From Octopus sinensis (lineage: Eukaryota): DNA of 64,000 bases. The notes under the pieces were generated by a model. That model was not told the origin of the DNA. It saw only the letters and a program-made list of their open reading frames with translations, and made no database searches. Made by a program: the position numbers and the translations under genes. This document shows positions 49,603 to 63,439 of this stretch, one piece after another. Within the stretch, counting starts at the first letter, position 1. Every line of letters starts with the position of its first letter. Location: the NCBI RefSeq assembly GCF_006345805.1, contig NC_043023.1, forward strand, positions 10,664,001-10,728,000. Reading direction: 5' to 3'.

Positions 49603-51059
49603 GGGTCTTTTCCTTTTGAACGGCAGTTTTCAACACAATTTCTAGTTAACTAAACACTTAAAAACTTCGTACACTGGTAGAATGTGTCAAAATAAAACAT
49701 TTTTTTTCTCTTGGCTTTCTTCAGAAAATTGTAATTTGTAAGTTTAATGTAGTTTAACTTTTCGAATTTTAACCAATTCTATGCCCTCTATTGAGCTAAA
49801 ATCATTTGCAGCGTCTAAAACCGAGACAACATCCTGTAATTAACCCTAAACCTCCCCCCTAACCCTAAATTTTTTTTTCTTAATTGTTAAATTAATTTAA
49901 TTGCTACACGTGTAAAAACACTAAAGCAATGGAATTAAATTTAACATGAAGAAAAAAAATTTAGGGTTAGGGTTAGGCGGGAGGTTTAGGATGTTGTCTC
50001 AGTTATAGGATGTTGTCTCAGTTATAGGATGTTGTCTCAGTTTTAGATGCAGCAAATGATTTTAGTTGAATGGAAGTAATCGATTGGTTAAAATTGCCAA
50101 AATGCTTGGATTTTCAGACGAAATATCTTACAAACTATAAAACTTTCAATAAAACCAAGAAAAAATGATGTTTTATAAACACATTCTACCAGTAAAACTG
50201 CCGTTCAAACCGAAAAGATCCCAAATATCTTACAAACTATAGAATTTTCTCAATAAAGCCAAGAGAAAAAGATGTTTTATAAACACATTCTACCAGTTTA
50301 CGAAGTTTAAAAGTGTTTAGTTACGAGGAAATTATTTTAAAAAACTGCCATTCAAACCGAAAAGATCCCAAATATCTTACAAACTATAGAATTTTCTCAA
50401 TAAAGCCAAGAGAATAAGATGTTTTATAAACACATTCTACCAGTATACGAAGTTTAAAAGTGTTTAGTTACGTGGAAATTATTTTAAAAAACTGCCATTC
50501 AAACCGAAAAGATCCCAAATATCTTACAAACTATAGAATTTTCTCAATAAAGCCAAGAGAAAAAGATGTTTTATAAACACATTCTACCAGTATACGAAGT
50601 TTAAAAGTGTTTAGTTACGTGGAAATTATTTTAAAAAACTGCCATTCAAACCGAAAAGATCCCAAATATCTTACACCCTATAGAATTGTCACAATAAAGC
50701 CAAGAGAAAAAGATGTTTTATAAACACATTCTACCAGTAAAACTGCCGTTCAAACCGAAAAGATCCCAAATATCTTACAAACTATAGAATTTTCTCAATA
50801 AAGCCAAGAGAAAAAGATGTTTTATAAACACATTCTACCAGTTTACGAAGTTTAAAAGTGTTTAGTTACGAGGAAATTATTTAAAAAAATTGCCATTCAA
50901 ACCGAAAAGATCCCAAATATCTTACAAACTATAGAATTTTCTCAATAAAGCCAAGAGAAAAAGATGTTTTATAAACACATTCTACCAGTATACGAAGTTA
51001 AAAAGTGTTTAGTTAACTAGAAATTGTGTTGACATCTGCCGTTCAAAAGGAAAAGATCC
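49603..51059 (+). mobile_element. Paralogous GGATC element with only 7 array units
   Basis: Same TSD aaagaatg and same flanks as 36074-42269. Confidence 0.9.
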
Positions 51060-52582
51060 AAAGAATGCTGTCATTGAGCGATAGCGAGAGTGGAAATGGA
51101 AGGATTAGACCAGAGAGTAAAAGACGAATTCGGACTCAGAGGCAGCGAGTGGTGTTACTCAGTGCGGGCCGAGTAGCACACTCTTCATACTTTCATTTTC
51201 AGATATCATGCATGTTATCATAAAGTTAATTAATTTTGAAATACCGATTTTTTTGTAACAGATTCGTAATCTCCGCAGTCGAAAAGGTGGGTTTCTATAG
51301 AAGAAAAAAGAAAACGAAAGGCGCTGCTGTCCATGTCATTTACCTCCTCCGTATTATTTTATTTCTAAAACTCATTATATCTATTTCTTTATTACCCACA
51401 AGGGGCTAAACATAGAGGGGACAAACAAGGACAGACAAACGGATCAAGTCAATTAGATCGACCACAGTACGCAACTCATACTTAATTTATTGACCCCGAA
51501 AGGATGAAAGGCAAAGTTGACCTCGGCGGAATTTGAACTCAGAACGTAACGTCAGACGAAATACGGCTACGCATTTCGCCCGGTGTGCTAACGTTTCTGC
51601 CAGCTCATTATATCTAATTATATCTCCATCAATTGCTAAAATGCTACGTTACGGGGATATAAATATGCCATTCCCATTTGTAAAGTATGAATAGAAGAGG
51701 TGGAAACACTGAGACCAAACTGCACAAACGAATATACATTCTGACACAAACTAAGAATTCGCTTTAAAAAATTTCAACTTTTATTTTGTCGCTACAAAAT
51801 ATGAGCTGAAACTAGATAAAATAAAATAAATACGTGTGGCATGTGTCAGTAATGAATGAGTACGAACCTAACAAATTTATATTTTCATTGTAAATTCCGA
51901 TAAAATTCTAATATAAACATTCTGGATGGTATTTGTAGCAAAATTACTAAGTAATTTAATCTTCATAATTTCAGCAGGTTTACAAATAGCATTTATGATC
52001 GGGAAAATGTAAAGAAATCTTGAATATTGTTAAGATTTCCCACTAAAACAGGTTTGTACAAAGAGAAAACGAAATTTAATATAAAATAAGAAGAAATTAT
52101 TACTTTACTCACAATTTAATCTCACTCGTTATCTTCGAAATAGTCCTTTCCCCTTCAGTTTTGATACAAAAGTAGAAATTCATCCAGAAAAATCATTAAT
52201 TTCAGACGAGATCAAAGAATATCTGACACCAGAAATATCACTGACAAAAACTTATAGAAAAGGGGAATGTATAAAACATACATTGGTTTGCTTTAATTAC
52301 CGAAACGAAATTAGGTTATGCAGTGTTTCTTATGTTTCTTTTATGTTCTAACGTCAACTCGTGCCGATGTCAATTTTTACCTGTCATTGCTTCAGATGCT
52401 TCGGAATCAATAAAATAAAGATCAATGAAAATCAGAAATCGATGATAGATACCCCACAATCCCAATATTAGGCATATTTGACTTTGCTCCTAGCGGATAA
52501 CTAAAGAAACTATTATATCAAGGTGAATAACTGCCACGAACTGATATACCACCTTTAGAAATTACGAAAAATGTTTTTAAAT

Positions 52583-53265
52583 TATTACAGACATACCACG
52601 TTGAATGCAACGGTTTTCGGGTGATCACCGAAGTCAAGCTATGTCGAGCCTACCGAGTACTTAGAACTGGCGAAATGCGTAGCCGTATTTCGTCTGCCTT
52701 TACGTTCTGAGTTCAAATTCCGCCGAGGTCCTTTCGGGGTCGATAAATTGAGTACGAGTTACGCACTGGGGTCGATGTAATCGACTTAATCCGTTTGTCT
52801 GTACTCTCTGTGTTTAGTAAAGAAATAGGTATTTCGTCTACCGCTACGTTCTGAGTTCAAATTCCGCCGAGGTCGACTTTGCTTTTTATCCTTACGGGGT
52901 CGATAAATTAAGTAAGAGTTACGCACTGGGGTCGATATAATCGACTTATTCCGTTTATCTGTCCTCTCTGTGTTTAGCCCCTCGTTGGTAGTAAAGAAAT
53001 AGGTATTTCGTCTGCCGCTACGTTCTGAGTTCAAATTCCGCCGAGGTCGACTTTGCTTTTTATCCTTTCGGGGTTGATAAATTAAGTAAGAGTTACGCAC
53101 TGGGGTCGATGTAATCGACTTAATCCGTTTGTCTGTACTCTCTGTGTTTAGCCCCTCGTTGGTAGTAAAGAAATAGGTATTTCGTCTGCCGCTACGTTCT
53201 GAGTTCAAATTCCGCCGAGGTCGACTTTGCTTTTTATCCTTTCGGGGTTGATAAAATAAGTACCA
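52583..53265 (+). pseudogene. Duplicate 5S fragment plus SINE B tetramer
   Basis: Copy of 43978-44660. Confidence 0.75.
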
Positions 53266-53669
53266 GTTGAGGAGTGGATTCGATGTAATAGACTAGCCCC
53301 CCTCCCCAGATTTCAGGTGTTCTGCCTTTAGAAGAGATTTTTAGTAAGCGAGGTGCTTTAATGTGAGAAATTATTAGTGGTTCAGTCCCACTGCGTGGCA
53401 CATTGGGCAAGTGTCTTCTACTATAGCCTCGGGTCGACCAAATCCTTGTGAGTGGATTTGGTAGACGGAAACTAAAAGAAGCCCATCGTATATACGTATA
53501 TGCATATATATGTGTCTGTCCTCCCAACATCGCTTGACAACCAATGCTGGTGTGCTTACGTCCCTGTAACCTAGCGGTTTGGCAAAAGAGACCAATAGAA
53601 TAGGTACTAGGCTTACAAAGAATAAGTCCTGGGGTCGATTTGCTCAACTAAAGGCGGTGCTCCAGCATG

Positions 53670-54601
53670 GCCGCACTGGGCTGAAGGCGAAAAGGAAGAA
53701 TCCACCAAGATACCCAGGTCCTTTACCTGGTCGGTCCTCTCCAGCAGCAGACGACCCGGCTCGAAATCAAGTTGAGTTGCAGAAGAAGAGCCAACAGGCA
53801 GATGACAGCACTTTGACACGTTCAGACACAGGTCCCATTCGTTAGACCATCTCCAAACTTGGTGGAGGCATTGACGAAGATCATCTATATCACCGTGAGG
53901 AGCGACCAGTTTGACATCATCGGCAAATAAAGGGTGTGTTGCATGAGGTCGTCAGGCAAGTCATAGTTTAGTGTGAGAAAATGTTAGTAATGCATGAGGT
54001 TGGTATGCATAGCATGGCCCCAACAGGCATAAGAAAAGGACAAAGAGATGTAGTCTTCCTTTTTAAAAAATATAGCGTTTTACAGCAAAGTTAATACAAT
54101 TAATACAAATACTCTCAAATATGAAAATAAATTCCTGTTTGCCAAGAGAACAATAAACGTCTGTTTGAAATTTTAGTTACCAGGGAAATGTGCATACAAG
54201 TGTCAGAACTCTGTAAATGTGATAAGGAGCAGGTTAAATCCCACTTGTGTATGCAGTAGGAAATCAAATCACTTGTTTGAACTAAATGGTTAATCCATAC
54301 AAACTGTTGATAGCTGGTTGCATGCCTTATATTATTAAACAGTGGCAGATCTGAAGGTGAGTTGCCTTAATATCTGAAGGTGAGTTGCGACGATTTCATC
54401 TCAATCGAAGGAGAGGAGCTTTCTCCGTCCGGGTTGCGGATCCGTGGAACAAGCTGCCAGACGAGATGGTAAAGATGCTGACGACCGCTTTGTTCAAAGC
54501 CTCCCTGGACCTCAAGTGGCCTGAACTCTTTACATGAACACCACCCTGTACTTAACTCCATGTCCCCCTACATGGACTTGCTATTTGCTTTTGAGCCAAA
54601 T

Positions 54602-54640
<39 letters not shown>
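53670..54640. mobile_element. Duplicate CR1 fragments (minus-strand RT piece, plus-strand 3' end)
   Basis: Copies of 45076-45385 and 45763-46040; longer TAAC tail. Confidence 0.8.
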
Positions 54641-55357
54641 TAAGTGATACTAAGAAAAAGGAATGCCGTGCTGTCCAACACATGTGAATAAATCTTTACT
54701 GACAGATTAACGAAACGCGTTGTTCACTGCTCAACAGCTCTGTTAATCTCTCTTGTTTTTGGCGCCAATCCAATCAACCTGTCGAAAGGGAAAGTTTTTC
54801 TGTCTTACCAGGGAACTGCAATGGGGGTAAATAAGAAACATTTCGCCAACCTTCACATCCTTTGCCATCCAAGTGCACTGAATTTCAAACTCACGCACCT
54901 CACAAAAGCAGTTGCTAGTGCCCGTCCCTATCAGCTCCCTCACCTCATTGTCTGTTTGTCATCAGCACCCAAGGGAAAATAGAATGCCTCTGCTCTTCCT
55001 TTCCTTACTATCTCCTTCACACTTCCTCTTCCAGTCAAGCCCCTTAACCGTTGATGTGACGGCCCTTCCTTCTGGCTCATCTCATCTCTACCCCACATCC
55101 TAATATATCGAAGGTCACCTCCTCATTTTACTCCACATCAAAATCTACCGTCTACCTCCACGGTGTGAACGCTCCCAATGCTGTGATCTCTGTAGGAAGG
55201 TGGTCTCATTCCCTTCTACTCCACCTACATCGTCTGATGAAGTGATGATACTGCAAACATCAAAGACGTGACATCATTCCATCCACAGACCCCGGTCTTC
55301 CTTTCCTCACTTCGTCTCTCGCAAGTAAAAGGGTGGACATGGAAATAATATTGGCAG

Positions 55358-56892
55358 TCACTGGTAACATTTTTCTCTCATATGACGGCGCTTGTGAGTA
55401 CTAAAGCTGCCTCTACTAGCGAATGATTTACTGCAGATATCACAATGATATGGCTTCTCACCTGTGTGAGTACGCTTGTGAGCCCTTAAACTGCCATTTT
55501 CAGCAAATGATTTACCACAGGTATCACAGTGATATGGCTTCTCTCCAGTATGAACACGTTTGTGAATAGTTAAGTAACCAGATGTAGAGAATGATTTCCC
55601 ACAAGTTTCACACTGGTATGGGTCCTCACCTAAATGAATGCTTTTATGAACAGTCAAGGCACGTCCATAATCGAATGATTTACCACAGATATCGCAATGA
55701 TATGGCTTTTCCCCCGTGTGAACACTTTTGTGTCTAGTTAGGTAACTATTTTCATAGAATGATTTACCACAGATATCACACTGATATGGTTTTTCCTCCT
55801 GTATGAATGCGTTTGTGAGTAGTAAAATGATAAATATCATGAAAAGATTTACCACAGACATCACAGCGTAGATATTTTCCTCTTGTGTGAAACTGTTTGT
55901 GTGTCGCTAAATTAGAAGCTTGTGAGAATGATTTCCCACAGATATCACAGAAATATGGCATCTCACCTGTATGAGTACGTCGGTGAGTTGTCAAGTTACC
56001 TCTCCGAGTGAACGACTTGCCACAGATATCACAGGTATATGGTTTTTCACCTGTATGAATACGTTGGTGAATGACTAAGTAATCTTTTCGATTGAATAAT
56101 TTACCACAGATATCACAGTGATATGGCATTTCTCCTGTATGAATACGTCGGTGAGTGACTAAGCTACCTTTCTGAGATAATATTTTACCACAGATATCAC
56201 AGAAATATGGCATCTCACCTGTATGAATACGTCGGTGAATAGTCAAGTTACCTCTCCGAGCGAACGCCTTACCACAGATATCACAGTTATATGGTTTTTC
56301 ACCTGTATGAACACGTTGGTGAATGACAAAGTCGTTTTTACCATTGAATAAATTACCACAGATATCACAGTGATATGGTTTTTTACCTGTATGAATACGT
56401 TGGTGAATGACCAAGTCGTTTTTACTATTGAATAATTTATCACAGATACCACAGTGATATGGCCTATCTTCGGTATGAATACGTTGGTGAGTGACTAAGC
56501 CACCTTTCTGTGAGAATAATTTACCACAGATATCACACTTATATGGTTTTCACTGTATGAATACGTTGGTGACGGACTAAGTCAGTTTTACCATTGAATA
56601 ATTTACCACAGATATCACAGTGATATGGCCTTTCACCTGTATGAATGCGTTGGTGACGGACTAAGTCAGCTTTAGCATTGAATGATTTACCACAGATATC
56701 ACAGTGATATGGCCTTTCTCCCGTATGAATACGTCGGTGAGTGACTAAGTTACCTTTCTGAGATAATATTTTACCACAGATATCACACTCAAATGCTGTT
56801 CTGCCCTTTTCATTCTTCTCCTCATCAGAAAAATCAATTTCTTCAGACTCTCTTTTACATTCAACTTCACTCCGATATAATTCATTTTCCAT
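55358..56892 (-). pseudogene. Zinc-finger gene E, 17 fingers, frameshifted (pseudogene or sequencing error)
   Basis: Near-identical to D. 2-nt loss near 56550 (ggttttcactg vs ggtttttcacctg) and 1-nt gain near 55795; TGA->TGT adds CYQ before the stop. Confidence 0.75.
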
Positions 56893-57239
56893 AATGTTCC
56901 TTTCTCTTGTCACAGTTCACAAAGGTTTTCCTTCTTCTCGTATATTGCTCTTAACAAATATTTCTACTGATATATCTCCATCAAAAGTGATCTTTGTTAA
57001 TATCTGAAGATGCTGCAAACTGCCTTCTTAATTGCTTTAACTCATTAACATTCAGATTACTCTGTCAAATAGAATGTTTATTGAAATTCTTCTGAATTAA
57101 TCATTCAATATGTTATCATGTTCAGATTTCAATGTTGTGATTGTTTATTTTCAGAATGACCTTGTAGGGTGGGTGTGAGGGGTGGGATCTGGCTAGTATG
57201 AATATAAAACACACAAAAATATGGCCAGTTTAACCGTTT

Positions 57240-57339
57240 NNNNNNNNNNNNNNNNNNNNNNNNNNNNNNNNNNNNNNNNNNNNNNNNNNNNNNNNNNNNN
57301 NNNNNNNNNNNNNNNNNNNNNNNNNNNNNNNNNNNNNNN
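57240..57339. other. Assembly gap (100 N)
   Basis: N run. Confidence 1.
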
Positions 57340-57709
57340 CATGGTGACTTGTAGCCAAAGCTTTAACTTGAACAGCAACTAAAATAACCGGTATGTTATA
57401 ACTGCTTGATAAAGATTAGCTTAAGGCAGTGATTCAAGTGAGCAGCAGCGTGTATAACAGAAGAAAGGCAGAATAGGGAAATAATTGGTATCAGGTGAGA
57501 TCAGATGAGGTTAAACAGCTGAAACTAGTTGTTCCCTGCTTACACCACTATTTCAGTATACACGTCCACACTGACCCGCGCGCCCATGTGTACGTCCACC
57601 GTGGATGACCACAAAGAGGTCGAAACCGTTCAGGGGCTGGGGGTTAGAACAGCTATGTTTGAGTGCCGACAAACATTACATTTCTATTTCTTTTTCCTTC
57701 TTTCTTTCT

Positions 57710-57753
<44 letters not shown>

Positions 57754-57778
57754 ATGTATATATATATGTATGTGCAAA

Positions 57779-58010
57779 GCGGCGAGCTGGCAGAAACGTT
57801 AGCGCGCCAGGCGAAATGCGTAACCGTATTTCGTCTGCCGTTACGTTCTGAGTTCAAATTCCGCCGAGGTCGACTTTGCTTTTCATCCTTTCGGGGTCGA
57901 TAAATAAAGTACCCGTTTCGCACTGGGGTCGATGTAATAAACTTAAACCCTTTGTCTATTCTTGTTTGTCCCCTCTGTGTTTAGCCCCTTGTGGGCAATA
58001 AAGAAATATA
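57779..58010 (+). mobile_element. SINE family B monomer
   Basis: Consensus-like copy. Confidence 0.85.
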
Positions 58011-58579
58011 TATATGTGGGTGTGCGTGTGTATGTCTCTGTCTGTGTCTGTTTGTGCATATACAGTGCGTAGATGAAAGCCACATAATCTTAGTGTATAT
58101 ATCTTAGTGTAGTACTCAAATGGATGAGAACTTGACTACATCCTCTTTATCCACGACCAGCTCTTCAGCATGGACAGTTACCTAGAAGTGTAATCGTTAT
58201 CGAACTGTTCTGGAGACAGCAAGGTAGATAAATACATTTAAGCTTGGAACACACAAAATACAGAATACAAAATGAAGAGGAACGAAACAAACTAAACAGA
58301 AGAATTATATAAAGCCTTCTCTCGACAGTTGTTTCAAGACAGCCATAACTTGAATAATATCCAGGGCACACAAATGAAACGAACTCTCGTCTGCTACCTC
58401 TGGAGGTATGAAGATCATGAGTGAGTTTGCGGTGAAGGTCAATATATATTTTATTATTTTTATTTTGGAATCCAAGTAAACACAATGTCTCAAGTCTAAC
58501 CGTGTATACCTAGCTTACTACCTACCTATCTACCTACCTATCTACCTACCGACACACATACTTACCTCCCTGCCAACCT

Positions 58580-58609
58580 ACCATATCTCTATCTATCTAT
58601 CTATCTATC

Positions 58610-58662
<53 letters not shown>

Positions 58663-58764
58663 GATAGATAGATAGGTAGGTAGAGTAGGAGAGAAGACAC
58701 ATAAAAGAAGGTAGGTTGTTACACTTTTATATTTGAAATATAGACATGCCTGTGTGTGTATTGT

Positions 58765-58848
<84 letters not shown>

Positions 58849-59120
58849 ATGACAATAATGATTGTTTACCACCAAATACGAATGTTTAATCACTGCTTTT
58901 GTACTAAAATTTCAAGGCGTTGCAGGAGAGAAAAACTTGAAAAACTGGTCGTCGTCACACAATTATGTTCCAAATGTTATTTCAACTGAAACAACAAAAG
59001 GCCTTCTTACTTGAGGCGTTCAATGATTATTTTCTATAAATTTTTCACGCTGCACTTTTATGGAATTAGCATTATTTGGACTGGCTCACAAACACATACA
59101 TACAAAATACATACATACAT

Positions 59121-59171
<51 letters not shown>

Positions 59172-59366
59172 TACATACATACATACATACATACATACAT
59201 ACATACATACATACATAAATACATACATACACACACATACATACATACACACTTGCATACATACATACATACATACATACATACATACATACATACATAC
59301 ATACATACACACTTGCATACATACATACATACATACATACATACATACATACATACATACATACAT
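58580..59366. repeat. Microsatellites (GATA)n, (TG)n, (TACA)n
   Basis: Direct inspection. Confidence 0.95.
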
Positions 59367-59799
59367 TGATATTAATGTACGTAAATTAAGTGTCGTAGTT
59401 GTTAAGTAAAATTTTTAAGTCGTATTTCCAAGGTCAAAATAAGTTTCTCATTAATCTGTTACAGACTTAAGGATTTCTTCTGTATTTCACTATCGCAACC
59501 CTCTCGATTCCGCCACCAGGACCATTTCTACCTTAGACATAGATGATATCCCCCTAATTGATCAATAACAGATTGTTAATCGTTTCTTTAGTTTACCATA
59601 AATGTATGCATATCTGTGTATAGAGTGTATAGATCAATTCAATAGAGTGTTAATATGAAAATTAATATAACTGAAGGTGGCGAGCTGGCAGAATCGTTAG
59701 CAGTCCGGGCAAAATACTTGGGGACATTTCGTCTTTCCTTGTGTTCTGATTTCAAATTCCGCCATGGTCGGTTTTGCTTTTCATGCTTTCGGGGTCGAT

Positions 59800-60295
59800 A
59801 TAAGAGAATACCCTCCATCAGGCATTTGCCATATCCTGAACGCCTTATTTCCTTGGGCATGGATACATTGAAACTCCGACATCTGGCAGCTGACTTGGCA
59901 GACACCCATAAAATTATCAACCATCTTACAAACAATAACTCTGAGCACCTTTTTAAACTCCACCCGTCTAACACCGGTGGACATATTTACAAAGTCAGAA
60001 AACAGCACAGCTCCCATGACTTTAGGAAACATTTTTTCACGTTGAGAGTTGCTGAAGCATGGAACAAACTGCCGACATCAGTTGTTAGTTGTCGGAGCAC
60101 TGCATCCTTCAAAACTTCCTGAGATTCACTAACACTCCACCTGATTTTCTCCCCTCCATACACACACGCAAGCATGTATCTGACTCATACACTGTTTGCT
60201 TTCCAGACATTTGTACATTACTGCATATATTTTATACGCACTTTTTGACAAATTGTGGTGCACCTGAGCACTGTATACAATAATTTCATATAATA
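59800..60295 (+). mobile_element. CR1-like LINE 3' fragment
   Basis: RLISLGMDTLKLRHL..DL...HKII...KHFFTLRVAEAWNKLP. Confidence 0.8.
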
Positions 60296-60469
60296 AGTAC
60301 CAGATAAGCACTAAGGTCAATGTAATCCACTAAACCCTTCCCCTGAAATTGTTGCCCTTGTACCAAATTTTGAAACCAATATTTGTATAAGTGATCAAGT
60401 ACAAGAGCCGTCGGTTTGCAGGAAATTATCCCATAGCAAAGATACATTCACACATTTGTGTGTGTGTGT

Positions 60470-60471
60470 AT

Positions 60472-60538
<67 letters not shown>

Positions 60539-60730
60539 CATACGTACATACATACATACATAATACATACATATACAATTACATACATACACACCTGCAA
60601 GTGTATGTGTCATTACTTGGGTGTGGCCAACTACTTTTGCAATAAAGCAGCCACAGAAAAAAATCTAAAAAATGGTGTCACGATTCAAACAGGTTTTAAT
60701 ATGTATTGTTTACAGAAACCTACACACACA

Positions 60731-60797
<67 letters not shown>

Positions 60798-60825
60798 GAT
60801 TTATCTCCTATAAGATACACCCAAG

Positions 60826-60860
<35 letters not shown>
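60470..60860. repeat. (TA)n, (CA)n, (AAT)n microsatellites
   Basis: Direct inspection. Confidence 0.9.
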
Positions 60861-60861
<1 letters not shown>

Positions 60862-60879
60862 TAATAAAACAAATAATAA

Positions 60880-61215
60880 TAATGAAATTATTGTATACAG
60901 TGCTCAGATGCACCACAACTTGTCAAAAAGTGCGTATAAAGCATATACAGTAATGTACAAATTTCTAGAAAGCGAACAATGTATGAGTCAGATACATGCT
61001 TGCGTGTATGTATGGAGGGGATAAAATCAAGTGTAGTGTTGGCGAATCTCAGGAAGCATGGAAGTTTTGAAGGATGCAGTGCTCTGACAACTAACAACTG
61101 ATGCCGGCAGTTTGTTCCATGCTTCAGCAACTCTCAGCGTGAAAAAATGTTTCCTGAAGTCATGGGAGCTGTGCTGTTTTCTGACTTTGTAAACAAGTCA
61201 AAGGGTGGAGTTTGA
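60880..61215 (-). mobile_element. CR1-like LINE 3' fragment, inverted relative to 59800
   Basis: Reverse complement homologous to ~59960-60295. Confidence 0.8.
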
Positions 61216-61704
61216 AAAGGTGCTCAGAGTTATTGTTTGTTGATAATTCTTTGGTTGATAATTCTTTTTATATTCTCACCTTTAAGATACGCCCAAGGCT
61301 TGGGCTCCGTGCTATTCGCCCACAACATAAATCACACTCGCATCTTAAAACAAAAACACGGCGCAATTATTTCACCTCAGTTGACCCCGTCTCCTTAACA
61401 ACATACCAAAACACATTAAAGCAGAAATAGACCCCGTAAAGTTCGAGAAGTCTTTGCACAAATTCCTTCAAGAAACCCCGGATAAACTGGATAAGTCTCC
61501 GTAAGGAATAACTCTGAACTTGAGTGGGCCATGTTGTCCTAATCCTGATTTGAAAGACTTCACCAGGTTGTGCTATAAATTTAGACATGTCCCAGGCCGA
61601 CACTGACAGAAACCTATGAAAATATCACACTATGTGTGTGTGTTGTGTGTGTGTACGTGTGTGTGCATATATGTATATACATAAATGTTTATGTATGTAT
61701 ATAT

Positions 61705-61778
<74 letters not shown>

Positions 61779-62019
61779 GAGTAAACATAAAGGTGAAACA
61801 AGGTGGAAAAAAGAGTACTCAATACCAAGGGTAGAGTAATATCTTTATTTAAAAAGCAGCAGAAAATTCAACCTGCTACTCTGAGTTTCACGTTCTCGTT
61901 CGTCGGACAGTTTTTGATATATATTAATATATTATATATAACATATATTATATAAGTGTGTGTATAAGTGTGTATATATGTGTGTATGTGTTTATATGTA
62001 TGTATATATTTGTGTTTGT

Positions 62020-62225
62020 CTTTGTGTCTGTGTTTGTACTCCCCAGCATCGCTTGACAACCGATCTTGATGTATTTCTCTTTCCGTAACCTAGGGGTTCG
62101 GCAAAAGAGACTGATATAATAAGTACTAGGTTTACAAAGAATAAGTCCTGGGGTCGATTTGTTCGACTAAAGGCGGTGCTCCATTATGGCCGCAGTCAAA
62201 TGACAGAAATAAATAAAAAAGAAAA
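62020..62225 (+). mobile_element. SINE family A 3' half
   Basis: Shared tail sequence. Confidence 0.75.
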
Positions 62226-62229
62226 GAAT

Positions 62230-62241
62230 ATATATATTGTA

Positions 62242-62278
<37 letters not shown>

Positions 62279-62517
62279 CATATATATATATATATTATAT
62301 ATTTATACATTTATTATGTATATTCAAAGGGCAAAGCCACTAGGTGTCGGCCGTATGCTAGAAGTAGATCACCTACGATCAAACTACAAAGAAAAGAAGG
62401 TTCTCTTCGTGTATTAGAATTTTCTCTGATTTTCAGATTTTTGTATGCTAGGAGGCTACTGGTTTTAAATTGATGTTAATTAAATTAATATTCAATTTAT
62501 CTCCCTCATTATTTAAT

Positions 62518-62610
<93 letters not shown>

Positions 62611-62701
62611 ATATATATATATTTATGTATATATATATATGTATGTATGTATATATATATATATGTATGTATATATATATATATGTATATATATATATAA
62701 T

Positions 62702-62774
<73 letters not shown>

Positions 62775-62775
62775 G
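62230..62775. repeat. (TA)n/(TATG)n microsatellite tracts
   Basis: Direct inspection. Confidence 0.85.
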
Positions 62776-63439
62776 TGGGGGGGGGTGTATTCGCACATTG
62801 TTTATGGGCTGCCTCGTTGTATTTTTATTCAATGAATTGAAAACCACTTTCTCATAATAATTTCCAAACGAATTTCACATCTGAGTAAACATATTCATTT
62901 TTAAAATGTCTGCATTTGAAAAAGAAGTGAGTAAAACAAGAACGTGAATAACGAATTGGTGTGGTGGAGTGTTTAAGCCAGAGTGAAAGGTGGAGGCCAA
63001 ATCCGAAAACTTTATTGGCTGAAAAGAAAATCTTATATCCCGATTGACATGGGTATATAGTTTAAGTAAACGAAAACAACATATTTCATTCCTGTGGGAG
63101 AAAGTGAAAACACAAAGTCTGACAATCCTAAAAGATATCGCCATCTTAATATTTCCTAGTTTTAAGGTAAGGTGAAAACGATCTTCTCTAAAATCTTGTA
63201 GTGGGACACAATTTAAATGGGGCGCTGAAAATAGAGTTGCTTTATTATGATATATATGTACGTATCGTTGAATGTGTGTGTGTGTGCGTATGTGTCTGTG
63301 TGTGTGTGTGTACGTATATGTGTATCTATATGTGTTTCGTGTTTATATAGATGTAATGGTTTTATTGACGTCAGAGATTGTTCCAAAGCTCTTGTTTGGG
63401 AGATGATAGCCTTGAAAATTAACCAAGGGGGAGATCACA

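Larger units (their letters stand above)
48735..57239 (+). repeat. Second unit of the recent tandem segmental duplication (first unit ~35200-48735)
   Basis: Near-identical colinear SINEs, Tx1 remnant, MITE insertion, 5S fragment, CR1 pieces and ZNF. Confidence 0.9.

Noticed and set aside
58609-62847. MYVC-, HTHT- and IYIY-type ORFs
   Set aside because: Microsatellite translations.
62860-63260. Possible old hAT/Buster remnant
   Set aside because: No recognisable motif or TIR that I can support.
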